From the sequence record MN453779.2: a stretch of DNA of 64,000 bases. The stretch is one strand, 5' to 3'. The translations under genes and the position numbers were made by a program. Below the pieces are notes generated by a model, which was given only the letters and a program-made list of their open reading frames with translations, searched no databases and had not been told where the DNA came from. Of this stretch, positions 39,096 through 50,105 are shown one piece after another. Numbering within the stretch: the stretch's first letter is position 1; the number at the start of each line of letters is the position of its first letter.

Positions 39096-39728
39096 ATGTT
39101 TGTCTACCTTAATGCGTTTAATTACGATGAACTCATTGGGGGAATCGTGGAGCGTTTAGGAATTCAAGACGAACCTTTGACCTATGAGATTTTGTTAAAG
39201 GCGTTCAAGAGTGTTTCAGAACGTTTAAAACGAAGGAAAGAGCTTCTTTCCTCCGCCAATGAAGATCCAGATAACGTAGTTGAAAAACTGGCTGATCGTT
39301 ATTTAGAACTAGTTAGGATTTCTCCCCACTTTAACGATGAAACTAATCCGATCAGTTTTCTAGTAGAACTAATAGTGGGTTCAAAACCTCAAAGTGTTTG
39401 GGAAGGTTATGAAATCTACCGGATTCTTTCCGAGGTTCACCAAGAAGTTGGTAATGATAAAGATGGTTATTGCTTGGACATTGACCCGGACGAGGCTCTA
39501 GCTATCGCTGAAACTATTCTGGAACACATTGAAAGTAATAAACTGATTGGGGAAAATCCTTTAGATTCTTTCCTAGAAGAACACATCAAAAATCAATTGA
39601 TTGGCGATGAACCAGGTTCTTTACAGTTAGAAGTAATAGATTCCCCAGGTAAAGTAGTGAACTATGGAAATGCTTTGATAACATTACCCCTATTACTTGC
39701 CAAGGTTGAACACTATGAAGTTATCTGA
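39096..39728 (+). CDS. Hypothetical acidic protein
   Basis: 210 aa, AAGGA RBS. Confidence 0.7.
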   Translation: MFVYLNAFNYDELIGGIVERLGIQDEPLTYEILLKAFKSVSERLKRRKELLSSANEDPDNVVEKLADRYLELVRISPHFNDETNPISFLVELIVGSKPQSVWEGYEIYRILSEVHQEVGNDKDGYCLDIDPDEALAIAETILEHIESNKLIGENPLDSFLEEHIKNQLIGDEPGSLQLEVIDSPGKVVNYGNALITLPLLLAKVEHYEVI

Positions 39729-40137
39729 AATCCAAAAAGGCGACCTAGTTAATTACGATATGATCACCCCAGGTATTTTTGGGGACCAGTATCGAGGTGT
39801 TTTGGTAGCAGGCGTGGTTGATTATACAGTAGCTTCCAGTATTGATCCAGAGCTTAATGTAAAACACCAAGCTTTCTATCCAATGTTTAAAAACACCGTG
39901 GATAACGTTAATGATCCATCTCGTTACGATTATCTGCTTATTAGACCAGACCCCACCCAATCTAATCTCTTGGTTATCGGTTATCCCTGGATTAATCCAA
40001 GTTCCCTAGAAGTAACCAAAGGTCGCTCTGCCCTTATTACCATTACCACTTGGGAACAGCGCTTTGAAAGCCCTTTAAAAGACTTTCTAGCTAATCTAGG
40101 TGTTCCTTACACCATTGATGTTCGCGATAAGTCCTAA
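39715..40137 (+). CDS. Conserved hypothetical protein
   Basis: ATG at 39715 after AAGGT, followed by a hairpin at 40156-40185. Confidence 0.65.
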   Translation: MKLSEIQKGDLVNYDMITPGIFGDQYRGVLVAGVVDYTVASSIDPELNVKHQAFYPMFKNTVDNVNDPSRYDYLLIRPDPTQSNLLVIGYPWINPSSLEVTKGRSALITITTWEQRFESPLKDFLANLGVPYTIDVRDKS

Positions 40138-40293
40138 CACCCTTAACTGATTCTAGCCCAACCTCCTTAATTGGGGGTTGGGTTAGTCTTTACATTTGTT
40201 ATTTTATCTTTTCACCACGATCGCAATTTAGTAGCCAACTAAACATTTAATCTCCCATCATTTGTTTTTCATATTTCTGTTGAGGGAACAGTT

Positions 40294-42360
40294 ATGTCAG
40301 AATCCAATCCGTTTCTCTCAGAAACGTACGAATCAGATCGTAATATAATTAAACACTCTATTGATCAGTATTCGGAATTGATTAGTAGAGTACAAGGTGA
40401 AGATAAAGAAGTTGTAAAGGCTAATTTACTAACCTATTTCAAAGCCAACAAAGAACAATATAAGTCTAAACGGGCTAAAGTTATTATTAAGAATAAAGTT
40501 GGCGATAGAGAAGTAAAGATTATCCCATTCTCGTCTGTATTAAAGCATGTGCAAGATAAAAACTATCACTTCTCACCAAGTATGATAGCTTACACCAATT
40601 CCGATGAAGAAGAATGTGTAAACTCAATCGGCACTCGGCTGTTTATTGCTAACCGTAAGTACTACAAGAACTTGCGTCAAGACGCCAAAGCTGTTAACGA
40701 TAAAGATCTTTATGGTAAATACCATGAACTTCAAAATGCTTTTAAGATATTCAACAACGCTCAATCTGGTGCTATGTCTTCTGGCGGGACTTGTCTCACC
40801 AATCAGACAGCACACACTTCACTTACATCAACAACGAGATGTCTGACCTCTACAGCTAACCTTACCAACGAACAGTTCATCGCCGGTAATCGTTTCTACC
40901 ATAACCCTGATGCTACCTTGCAGTCTATGATAGCTAGAATCCAAGTTACAGATTTCAAGTTACTTGAACAAGTGATGGAGGGCTATAAACTTCACTATCC
41001 TTCATCTGAAGATTTAATGAAACGTGTTAAATACTGCTCTAGTAGATATTGGGATTCTGAACCGCAGATGAAACTGATAGAGTCATTTGTAGATAAAATG
41101 AACCCTATTGAAAAGGCATCTATACTTTATACTCTAGACTTGTTTTCTTTGTTTAATCATAATAGAGAGTTTATCAAAACCTTCTTTGATAAATGGTGTC
41201 ATATACCAGAAGTTGATGAGACAAAACTACTCAAACCCGATAATGGCGATAGATATGTTCTCTGTGTCTCTAAGTTACCAAGAGAACATAGTAAAGAGCA
41301 ACTACAAGGACTCAATCATTATCACGTTCAAGTAGAAAAAGAATATGCTGATTTTATCAAAGTGTTCTTTAAATCTCCTATTCCTCCAACAGGATTATTC
41401 AATGTAATTAACGCTGTAAGGGACTGTGTACTCACTAGTGACACGGACTCGAGCATCATGAGCCTAGATGAGATGATTGATGCTTACGCTAGTGACGAAG
41501 CAAGCAAAATAAAACTCAACGGTGTTATTACATATTTTGTTAGAATGATCTCGTTAGACCAACATAGACAACTTTCGTCCAATATGAACGTGGCTAAGAA
41601 GAATCTTACACTTCTCGAGATGAAAAACGAATTCTACTTCTCTAGTTATGTTACAACTGATATGTCTAAACATTACTATGCTTATCAGGACATGGTAGAA
41701 GGAGTGGTTAACGAAGAAGTCGATATTGAGGTCAAGGGCGTCCAACTTAAGTCTTCTAAGATAGCAGCTGTTATTAAAGAAAAGGCCCAGGAATTGATGA
41801 TAGCTACCTTGGACGCGATTAAGACAGGGGAATCTTTAGATGCTGCCGAGGTCCTACACGGTATTGGGGAACTGGAAAGAGGTATCGTTAGCGACATTCA
41901 AAATGGTGATTATAAATGGCTTAGTCGCGAAAGTATCAAACCCGCTGCCGCGTATTCTAACCCAGATTCTGAAAAATACTTTTATCACTCTCTTTGGGAA
42001 GAAGTATTCTCAGAGAAATATGGTCCTGCACCTGAACTTCCTTACACTGGAATCAAGATGTCTGTTGATCTTACTTCTAAATCAAAGCTTAATGCTTATT
42101 TGGAAAAGATCGAAGACATTTCTATTCGTGAGAAGTTTAAGGTATTCCTAGAAAGTAAAGGTAAAGATAAGTTGACTAACCTTTATCTTCCTATGGAACG
42201 CGCCCAGAACTTGAAAGATATTCCGCTAGAACTCAAACAAGCCATTGACTACAGAACCTTGTTAAAACAAAACCTCAAGAGTGTTTACACTGTACTCCAT
42301 TCTACAGGTTTGTACATGATGAATGACAGTATTACCCGTTTAGTATCAGACGAACATTGA
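40294..42360 (+). CDS. Family B DNA polymerase, polymerase-domain subunit (phiKZ gp50-like)
   Basis: QNAFKIFNNAQSG, LTSDTDS, SKHYYA and EVKGVQLKSS motifs. Position between PhuZ and chimallin. Confidence 0.82.
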   Translation: MSESNPFLSETYESDRNIIKHSIDQYSELISRVQGEDKEVVKANLLTYFKANKEQYKSKRAKVIIKNKVGDREVKIIPFSSVLKHVQDKNYHFSPSMIAYTNSDEEECVNSIGTRLFIANRKYYKNLRQDAKAVNDKDLYGKYHELQNAFKIFNNAQSGAMSSGGTCLTNQTAHTSLTSTTRCLTSTANLTNEQFIAGNRFYHNPDATLQSMIARIQVTDFKLLEQVMEGYKLHYPSSEDLMKRVKYCSSRYWDSEPQMKLIESFVDKMNPIEKASILYTLDLFSLFNHNREFIKTFFDKWCHIPEVDETKLLKPDNGDRYVLCVSKLPREHSKEQLQGLNHYHVQVEKEYADFIKVFFKSPIPPTGLFNVINAVRDCVLTSDTDSSIMSLDEMIDAYASDEASKIKLNGVITYFVRMISLDQHRQLSSNMNVAKKNLTLLEMKNEFYFSSYVTTDMSKHYYAYQDMVEGVVNEEVDIEVKGVQLKSSKIAAVIKEKAQELMIATLDAIKTGESLDAAEVLHGIGELERGIVSDIQNGDYKWLSRESIKPAAAYSNPDSEKYFYHSLWEEVFSEKYGPAPELPYTGIKMSVDLTSKSKLNAYLEKIEDISIREKFKVFLESKGKDKLTNLYLPMERAQNLKDIPLELKQAIDYRTLLKQNLKSVYTVLHSTGLYMMNDSITRLVSDEH

Positions 42361-42466
42361 TCTTTACTCCTCTACTCCTTAATTGGGGTAGAGGAGGTTA
42401 TTTTATCCCTCCTATTTATTTTTCAAACCTATATTACTATAGTGTATAAATAAAAAGAGGTTTGAA

Positions 42467-43498
42467 ATGAAAATTGATGAACGACTACTTGCTTATAAAC
42501 CAATATCTGTTACTCTTAACTTTGATTGGGAAAAGACTACATTTGATCAAAGAGCTCAAATGAGGTGGGATTATATTCAGGAACAGAAAAAGAAAGATCC
42601 CAACTATGTTGGATATGATTTTCCTGAATGGTTTAGGAGTTCTCATGGCTCAAATGCCGACCGTAGTGGAAAATATTTCGTAGATAAAAATAAGTTAGTT
42701 AACACCATTGGTCAAATAGTAAAATTACAAGGTAAAGACGTTATTATTAGTTTTGGAAGTAAGAGAGATGATGGATATCTAGCGGTCAGGTTATCGTGCA
42801 ATGGCGGTCGCGGTAAAGCCAAAGTTCACCGAATAGTAGCATGTACTTTCATACCTATCCCTTTCAGACTAAGGGGGTGCAGCAAGAAAATAGTAGTTAA
42901 TCATAAGAATGATATTAGGCATTGTAATTTTATCTCTAATCTCGAATGGTGTACTAACCAAGAGAATATCACAAAGGCATACGAAACAGGAGTAAGTAAG
43001 GTCACACCGTTTAAATGTGTCGTCGGTGAAATTAATGGAATAGAAGGAAATGTTTATTATTTCTCTAGGATTTCTGAGCTCAACGAGTTGAAATTTAGCA
43101 ACTGGAAAATATATAACTCAGTAAATACAGGAAGTATGTATTGTCACGCTAGGTGGTATCAAATAAGTAAAGAGGAGTTATCAGGTAAGAAGTTAGGGAT
43201 ACCGGAAGAAGATCTATTAAAAATAAGGGATACAAAAAACGGAAATTTTAAATCAAGATGTGCTGTCGGGACGATTGTTTCGGATGGGCCATGCAAGGGA
43301 GAGATATTTTATATATTTGGTTCAGCAGAGTTACGTAAATACGGATTTGATGACAGTAGAGTCTCATCTGTAATATTAAATAAAAGAAAAACACATAGGG
43401 GTTGTACTTGGTATAGAATAAGTAGAAAAGAAAGTTTAGGTAAACCCATTGGTTTAACAGAAGCTCAAAAAGAACACATCTTTGGTAAGAAAGAATAA
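42467..43498 (+). CDS. Free-standing HNH homing endonuclease
   Basis: VHRIVACTFIP...VVNHKND...NFISNLEWCTNQENI motif. Own early promoter at 42430. Confidence 0.85.
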   Translation: MKIDERLLAYKPISVTLNFDWEKTTFDQRAQMRWDYIQEQKKKDPNYVGYDFPEWFRSSHGSNADRSGKYFVDKNKLVNTIGQIVKLQGKDVIISFGSKRDDGYLAVRLSCNGGRGKAKVHRIVACTFIPIPFRLRGCSKKIVVNHKNDIRHCNFISNLEWCTNQENITKAYETGVSKVTPFKCVVGEINGIEGNVYYFSRISELNELKFSNWKIYNSVNTGSMYCHARWYQISKEELSGKKLGIPEEDLLKIRDTKNGNFKSRCAVGTIVSDGPCKGEIFYIFGSAELRKYGFDDSRVSSVILNKRKTHRGCTWYRISRKESLGKPIGLTEAQKEHIFGKKE

Positions 43499-43554
43499 TC
43501 AATGTTATGTAACTTAACCTCTACCTTCCAGATGGGAAGGTAGAGGTATAATTA

Positions 43555-44646
43555 TCATCTTTCTTTTAAATCTAAATGAACATTGTAGAACTTGTTTCTC
43601 CAGTATGGATCTTTTATCTGATTAAGAATAAAAACAGGATTTAGTTTATAGAAAGTTCTTAATTGAGCTTCTATAATAGGATCCTGATATCCCATGTAAT
43701 CCATATAAGAGAGATATGGTTTCACCCAATATAAAGCAGCTAAGGTATAAATCCAGCCTAACTGAATAAACATCTGGGATTTACCGCAGTTAATGAAAGG
43801 ACCTGAGTTAGAATAAAGAGTAGGATGGTATTCCATATACTCAGTAAAACTTCTCAGTCGATCAGACATCAATTTCTTTTTCTTCCACGTTACATACCTA
43901 CCTAAGTCCATGGAGTAGTCTGTAAACGCGAATGGTGGATCTTGAATAACTATTTTGTCACCAGCCGTATAATTTAACATTACTGTTTCATTATGTACTG
44001 GATAATAATCCATCAGTACTAAATAGATGAAGTGCTGGGGTGTTAAACCTACATTAACATTACTGGCAACTCTATCAGTTAAGTAATAGTAATAACTTAG
44101 CACTAGTCGATGGAGATCCACTTGTATAGCGGTGTAGAAATCTTCTTGACCCTTTCTAATCTCGCTGTCTAATAACTTAGACAAATCCCAGTATTGAACA
44201 TTACTAGTGGAGAATATGGTCGAAAGTATTGGTTGCTCAGATATTTTTTCACGAGAGAGATCATCTATTGTCAACCCGTACTCGTTATCAAACGGAACGA
44301 CAAAAAGAGTATGATGATTGCTTTCAGGAAATACTGTATCGAGGTGATCTTTACCTTTGTTATATAACGAGGTAAGGTTAACCAAGCTTGCGTATTGTCT
44401 ACCTTTTAATTCCACCAAATTAAAAAGAGACTCTGATCCTGATACAATGTCAACCGAAAAGTGTTGAAGCAGTTGTACTAATGGATGTTGACTAGGAACA
44501 ACTCGATTACCTAGTTGGAAATACTTCCTATAGTTTTCTCTGTTTCTAGCTATAATACGTTGTAGGTTACCAAGACCTCCGTACTGTGGTACCGAGTATT
44601 GTAACCCATTGCTCTTTAGTTTGAAATGAGACATATGGTAACTCAA
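43555..44646 (-). CDS. Conserved hypothetical protein, divergent from chimallin
   Basis: 363-aa ORF, the only credible coding frame in this interval. Confidence 0.7.
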   Translation of the reverse strand: MSYHMSHFKLKSNGLQYSVPQYGGLGNLQRIIARNRENYRKYFQLGNRVVPSQHPLVQLLQHFSVDIVSGSESLFNLVELKGRQYASLVNLTSLYNKGKDHLDTVFPESNHHTLFVVPFDNEYGLTIDDLSREKISEQPILSTIFSTSNVQYWDLSKLLDSEIRKGQEDFYTAIQVDLHRLVLSYYYYLTDRVASNVNVGLTPQHFIYLVLMDYYPVHNETVMLNYTAGDKIVIQDPPFAFTDYSMDLGRYVTWKKKKLMSDRLRSFTEYMEYHPTLYSNSGPFINCGKSQMFIQLGWIYTLAALYWVKPYLSYMDYMGYQDPIIEAQLRTFYKLNPVFILNQIKDPYWRNKFYNVHLDLKER

Positions 44647-44900
44647 CTTAAAAAGATAAGTAATGTAGTATTATATGTACAAACATCTAGGTTCATCCTA
44701 GGTGTTAAAGCGGTAGCTGTACGTCGTATGGAAAATTCTGTCATACGATCAACGTAGGAATGACTAATTTGTGACAATTTTTATAGTTCTATAATTTTTC
44801 AAACCTATATTACCTAAGTGATAAGTAAGAGAAGTATTTTCAATTACTTTATTAACCCGCCACTAGTGATTTAAATAACTTTTAGCTAAAGGAAATTATC

Positions 44901-46802
44901 ATGCAAGTTAACAACAACGAAAACAACGCTATGAACACTACCCTGGGTCTGGGTACTTCTTCTAACGGTTCTGGTTCTCCTCTGGCTGCGCTGTTTGGTA
45001 GCACCAACCTGATCACCTCCTCCCACTCCGCAACCGAAGTTGCTGATGTGATCAAGTACCTGCAAGAGAAAGTTAAAGAGCTGCTGGCCAACACCGCCCC
45101 TGAAATCCAGAAAGCAACTCTGCCGCGTTTCATAGAACGGCCGACCTCTGACATCACCCCGCATCTGCCCGCCATCGCAATGTACACCGTACTGGGTACT
45201 AGCTGCTACGTTATGCCGATCCTGTTCTACAAAGCGGGTTTCACCGATGCCACCGATACCATCCAAATGGGTAACGAAGCTCCGCGTGGTTATGCTAAAA
45301 CTCCGACTTCCTTCATGACCAATGATGTAATGAAGAAGGTTAAGGAAAGCTTCAAATTGATCGACGGTAAAACCATGACCAACGTAGTGATTACCGCACC
45401 GATGGTAATGAACCTGGAGCGTTATATCAAAGCTGGTATTACCGGCGAAGATATGGCCGCTAAAGTTGGTCACAAACTGCTCAAAGAGTGGCAGACCGGT
45501 ATTACCAACATGGCTGCTCTGGAAACTCAGAAAGCTGGTGGTCAACTGCCCAACCCGTTTGCCGGTGGTAAACTGTTTGGTCAGCATGAAGCTGCTCTGG
45601 CTCGTGTTGAGTCTGTTCATCAACTGGTTGTTGATGGTCTGCCTGTTCCGTATAACCTGGCTGTTAAGCTGGCAACTGCCAACAAGAACAACATGACCAA
45701 CTACGGTAACAACACCGCCAAGACCATCCTGACAACTTACCTGAACGTCCAACTGGAAACCATGTCTCCTGGTCAGTTCAACGATGTTCGTGCTCGTAAC
45801 CCCGGTCGTCCTTGCGGTCCGATCGTTCCGGTTGTTGTAGCTGGCATGTCCAACCCTGGTGAAACCCTGCATCACAACAACTCCCTGATGACCCAACTGC
45901 TCGGTCTGTTCGCAAGTCTGGCAGCTAACGCACCGGTGTTCTTCTCCGAAGCGTTCCGTGGTCAACAGGTTGGTAACCGTGGTAACCTGGGCGTGTTCAA
46001 CAACTACATGGCTTCTATTCTGGGTCCTGTGTACGGTGCTGATCACAACCTCACCAACAAGAACATCACCAACATCGCAGTAACCAATGACTGGATCCAG
46101 CGTTATGTTGCTCCCCAAGCAGTATACGCAATCGATCTGATCGGTTATGTAGATGAAACCAGTAACAACGACTTCTGGTTCGGTATCACTTCTGGTGACA
46201 AGTCCTCTACCTACGTTCGTTCCATGATCTCCCTGTGTGATCTGCTGACCGGCGGTAAGTTCTCTGCTCTGGCTAAAGAGAACACTGAGAAAGGTGCAAA
46301 CCGTGACAAGTCCAAAGAGTGGGCGTTTGGTGATGCTATCATGCATCGTACCAACATCATCCGTCCTTACGGTATCGCCAAGAAAGGTAATGCTTGGTTT
46401 GATCTGGGTGAAGTCGATGGTATGTTCCTGCGTCAGCCCGAGTACTACGGTACCAATGAAGTAGCAATTAATGAGTACAACGCCCTGCTGCAAGGTAGCA
46501 TGGGTAACATTGATACTCGTATCCGTCAGTACAACATCCTGAACCGTCTGCAGGCGATGTTCAACAACGATGTGATCGTTGAAGGTTGGAGCCTGCGTTA
46601 TGTATTTAACCAATCCTTCTTCAACACCCTGGCTCAAGCAATGTCTGCTGCTGGTACTCTGTCCGTATCCGGTAACAACGCTGCCGCTAACTGGACCATG
46701 CACGTTCAGAACGAAATCCTGAACATGACCATGGGTGCTAGCCTGTCTAACGCTCCGGTCACTCAGAACGTAATGAACAACGTGATGTACACCCAGTTCT
46801 AA
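44901..46802 (+). CDS. chmA: Chimallin (phage nuclear shell protein)
   Basis: 633 aa, extreme high-expression codon bias, early promoter at 44806. Lies immediately upstream of the nvRNAP beta-prime gene, as phiKZ gp54 does. Assigned by size and synteny. Confidence 0.82.
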   Translation: MQVNNNENNAMNTTLGLGTSSNGSGSPLAALFGSTNLITSSHSATEVADVIKYLQEKVKELLANTAPEIQKATLPRFIERPTSDITPHLPAIAMYTVLGTSCYVMPILFYKAGFTDATDTIQMGNEAPRGYAKTPTSFMTNDVMKKVKESFKLIDGKTMTNVVITAPMVMNLERYIKAGITGEDMAAKVGHKLLKEWQTGITNMAALETQKAGGQLPNPFAGGKLFGQHEAALARVESVHQLVVDGLPVPYNLAVKLATANKNNMTNYGNNTAKTILTTYLNVQLETMSPGQFNDVRARNPGRPCGPIVPVVVAGMSNPGETLHHNNSLMTQLLGLFASLAANAPVFFSEAFRGQQVGNRGNLGVFNNYMASILGPVYGADHNLTNKNITNIAVTNDWIQRYVAPQAVYAIDLIGYVDETSNNDFWFGITSGDKSSTYVRSMISLCDLLTGGKFSALAKENTEKGANRDKSKEWAFGDAIMHRTNIIRPYGIAKKGNAWFDLGEVDGMFLRQPEYYGTNEVAINEYNALLQGSMGNIDTRIRQYNILNRLQAMFNNDVIVEGWSLRYVFNQSFFNTLAQAMSAAGTLSVSGNNAAANWTMHVQNEILNMTMGASLSNAPVTQNVMNNVMYTQF

Positions 46803-46888
46803 TAGAGCTGATAAACGTTAAGATGTAACTACTAGAGAGGAGGGTAATTCCTCCTCTCTAGTTTATTACCTGGAGGTAATTTTTTCGT

Positions 46889-49800
46889 ATGTCAACTTTA
46901 GCGAATGTACTTGAGCAGTATCAAATACAACATCTTCTTCCAACCACTCTATTTGATAAAATTATTGAAGAGTCAGGTTATACACCAGAAGGTGATGACG
47001 AAAGCTTTTACCAGCCTCTTTATCCAGACATTGAAGATTTTAATTATCGGCATGATACTACTACAGTTCATCCGATCTATCTGAATGATTTCGATTTTAA
47101 TATAGAAGAAGATCGAGAAAAGATTACTGCTCTACTACGTACCGAATATGAAGGAAACAATTTCGATACAGTCGCGAGCTGCACTTGTAAGAAACATCGG
47201 ACTAATGCGTACCTTGGTACAAGTTTCGTTTGTGACAGTTGTGGAGATCCTGTCACTAAACCACTTGGCGAGAAAATCGAAACCAAAGTCTGGCTTCGCA
47301 CTCCTGCTAATGTGTCAGGTTTTATTAATCCTACTATTGCGGAAGTGTTCTTTCGTAAACTTAACACCAAAACTCCTAAGGTAAATTTGATGGAGTATTG
47401 GATTAACAAAGAGTTTAGAAATGAAAAGCGTTTTAGAGACCCAAGTCATAGTGCGTTTAAAATAGCTTGTAAACTAGAAGCTTTCCGTTTGTCGCTCAAT
47501 ATCGAATTTGGATATAACGAGTTCGTTGACAATATGGATTTGATTATCAGATCAGCTATTGAACACGACACTAATGGTGTTCTGGATCTTACTGAAAAGA
47601 ACCGTGAACATTATGCGATGTTCTGGGAAAAATTCAAATCAAGAGCTGTAGCTCAACATCTCCCTTTGCCTAACAAGGTAACCTCTATTGTCGAGTCTGA
47701 CCAACGAGATAAATATGTTAATAAGGAGAAGAGTGATCTTGAAAAGATCTTTTACACCATTGCTGATATGTATCCAGCTTATGACTATCGTTCTACTGAG
47801 AACGCAGAGATCATGGGGAAGATCTTTACTAAACTCAAAAACATGATGTTGGATGTAACTGAATCTATCCTCTTCAAGAAGAAAGGGATGATTCGATATC
47901 ACGCTGGTGCTGGTAAGCTACCAATGACTGGTCGTTCTATTATCACAGGTGAATCTGGTGTTTGTCGCTCAGACACTATCATCGTTCCCTGGTTGTACGG
48001 AATAACTTGTTTGGATAAACACCTAACTAACTGGCTGTATCGGAAAGGTTATACCCCGCTGAAAGTAAAGGAGATTATACGTTCTGCTGCTAACTTTAAA
48101 CATCCTGTTGTAGAGGAGTTCTTTAACTGGGTAGAAAGTAATCGATACGCCATTGCAACGTGCGGTCGAAATCCTTCTATTCAGTATTTGTCAGCACGTG
48201 GTTTCTTTGTACAGTTTAACCGCGATGTAGAAGATAAATCCATCCGGATTCCGATCACTACAGTTAAGGAATTTAATGCCGATCGAAATGTATTTAGCAT
48301 ACATGTGGGAAAATAACTTAAACTATTTTCTCCAGTTAAATACACTCAGTCCCCCTAGGGTGAAAGTCCTAGTGAGGTACCTTTTGAATTGCTGGAAAGT
48401 CCACAAAAGTTACTTACCTAAGCTTAATTAGAAATGATTAAGTTAGTGGTGTCGAAAGACAGAAACAACAAGTAACCTGTCCTACGCTAAGAAATAATGC
48501 TAAGGGATACTAACAAGGGATAATCAGCCTCCGAGGATCTAAGTATATTCGTGATGAATAGATAGGATTCAGGTTCAACGACTGTCCCGTGGCTGGGAGT
48601 AGGGAAATCAGATTTCCTGAAGTATTAGGCACCTAACCGTGTAAAGACGTAGGTGATGGTATAGTCTGCTCCTCTAGTAATGTAGAGGCGGGTGTCTTAG
48701 CGCACCGGTGTTATTATGATAGCCAAAATGGCGAACGGTAATAACACGGACATAAGGTTCGACGGTAAACTTTTGCTGTCATTAAACCCTTTCAATTGCT
48801 GGAAACCCCTTAGAGCTTAATCAACTAAAGCGGAATTGGAAACAATAAACGTAAATGTTTGAAAATGATTAAGATTGGGCAATCAGCAGCGAAGCTTCTA
48901 AATACATTTGAGATGAATGGATACGAAGAACGTTCAACGACTACGTTCCCAGAAGCCTGGGATGATGAGGGCGCTTTAAAGCGAAGATATAGTCTCTACC
49001 GGTATGAAAGTATCGGATGGAAATCCCTGACCGGAATTCCACGTGATCTAGCGAATCACGAAGAGTCCTAAAAAGACGGAGAACAATAATGTTGTTAATA
49101 CCTGAATCCGATGGGTTCTTTGTTACTGAAACTGGTCGAGTATACGACAAAGACGGCAAAGAACGAAATTACTACACCAACGGAGACGGGTATATTACCG
49201 CCTCGATCTCTATTGGTGGTAAGTGGCAAACATTTGGGGTACAGCGGTTGGTCATGTTAGCCTATGAACCGATTGATAATCCAGATGACTACACGGTCAA
49301 TCATATTGACCTTGATAAAACCAATAACAACAAACCAAATTTAGAATGGCTGACAACAAAGTGGAACAATATCCATTCTGCTATTTTTAACAGTAAAGGT
49401 AAACGCCCTGTTGTCAGATGTTTGAATGGTGATGAAGAAATGTTCATCAAAGATGTGATGACGCTTCCCACAATTCTTGGTGTCGATATCCAGCAAATAT
49501 GGTTTGCAATTAAGAACTCAACCCAGATAAATGGATGGTCCATTTCACCGATCCCTTATGACGATAAAGAAATTATCCGATTATTGAACAGTTCCATTGG
49601 AACTGTTGATGGACCAGTGAGACCAGTTAGATGTTTAGACATCGAAACTGGAATTTGGAAAAATTACAAGAGTATGAAAGAAATGGCTAATGAATTTGGT
49701 GTTGGTATAACACACATCAGACATCGCTTAGCTACCTTTGAACGTCCTCGTATATTTCTCCAACGTTACATTATTCTGGATGATGGAGTTTCAGATGAGT

Positions 49801-50104
49801 TCATCACCCCAGAACTAATCGCCATGTTAAAGATGACTTGGACGAAGAAAAGAAAGCGTTGGTCAGAACGCTGTAATTAGGACTCGATAAAAACCACTTA
49901 TGTGGAACAATGTGATAGGATAACATGTATCTATTCTTTATCCCCGATATGGTGGGTAAAGTAAATGCGTATAGTAACTGGGGGCACCATCAAATGGTCG
50001 ATCCAAACAAGCCGTTTAAAACAAGTAGATTTGTTGCAGCGACACGAACTAATCTCTTAAACATAAATAGCGTACTTCTTAATACACCGATTGAGGAGGA
50101 CTAA
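46889..50104 (+). CDS. Non-virion RNA polymerase beta-prime N-terminal subunit, spliced: join(46889..48283, 48758..48766, 49919..50104), 529 aa
   Basis: Zn-binding Cys pairs, GRSIITG and CGRNPS motifs. Joining the three exons restores KEFNAD-FDG-DNMY (catalytic NADFDGD). Confidence 0.9.
48284..48757 (+). mobile_element. Group I intron 1 (474 nt, no ORF)
   Basis: Follows U and ends in G. Core motifs: P GAATTGCTGGAAA (48386), Q TAATCAGCC (48521), R GTTCAACGACT (48573), S GATGGTATAGTCT (48655). Confidence 0.88.
48767..49918 (+). mobile_element. Group I intron 2 (1152 nt) carrying an HNH ORF
   Basis: P1 pairs exon GACGGU with guide GCUGUC, including the U-G splice-site pair. Core motifs: P CAATTGCTGGAAA (48793), Q AATCAGCAG (48881), R CGTTCAACGACTA (48931), S GAAGATATAGTCT (48983). 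Ends in G. Confidence 0.92.
49089..49880 (+). CDS. Intron-encoded HNH homing endonuclease
   Basis: VQRLVMLAY...VNHIDLDKTNN...NLEWLT..WN..H motif and C-terminal RPVRCLD...YKS..E.A repeat. GGAG RBS. Lies 3' of the S motif. Confidence 0.88.
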   Translation: MLLIPESDGFFVTETGRVYDKDGKERNYYTNGDGYITASISIGGKWQTFGVQRLVMLAYEPIDNPDDYTVNHIDLDKTNNNKPNLEWLTTKWNNIHSAIFNSKGKRPVVRCLNGDEEMFIKDVMTLPTILGVDIQQIWFAIKNSTQINGWSISPIPYDDKEIIRLLNSSIGTVDGPVRPVRCLDIETGIWKNYKSMKEMANEFGVGITHIRHRLATFERPRIFLQRYIILDDGVSDEFITPELIAMLKMTWTKKRKRWSERCN

Positions 50105-50105
50105 T

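Noticed and set aside
44886-46703. 605-aa minus-strand ORF
   Set aside because: Mirror frame of chimallin, whose strong codon bias depletes antisense stops. No promoter or RBS support.
46889-48316. ORF-track 475-aa protein as a complete gene
   Set aside because: The last 10 residues and the stop are intron 1 sequence. The catalytic motif is completed only by splicing.
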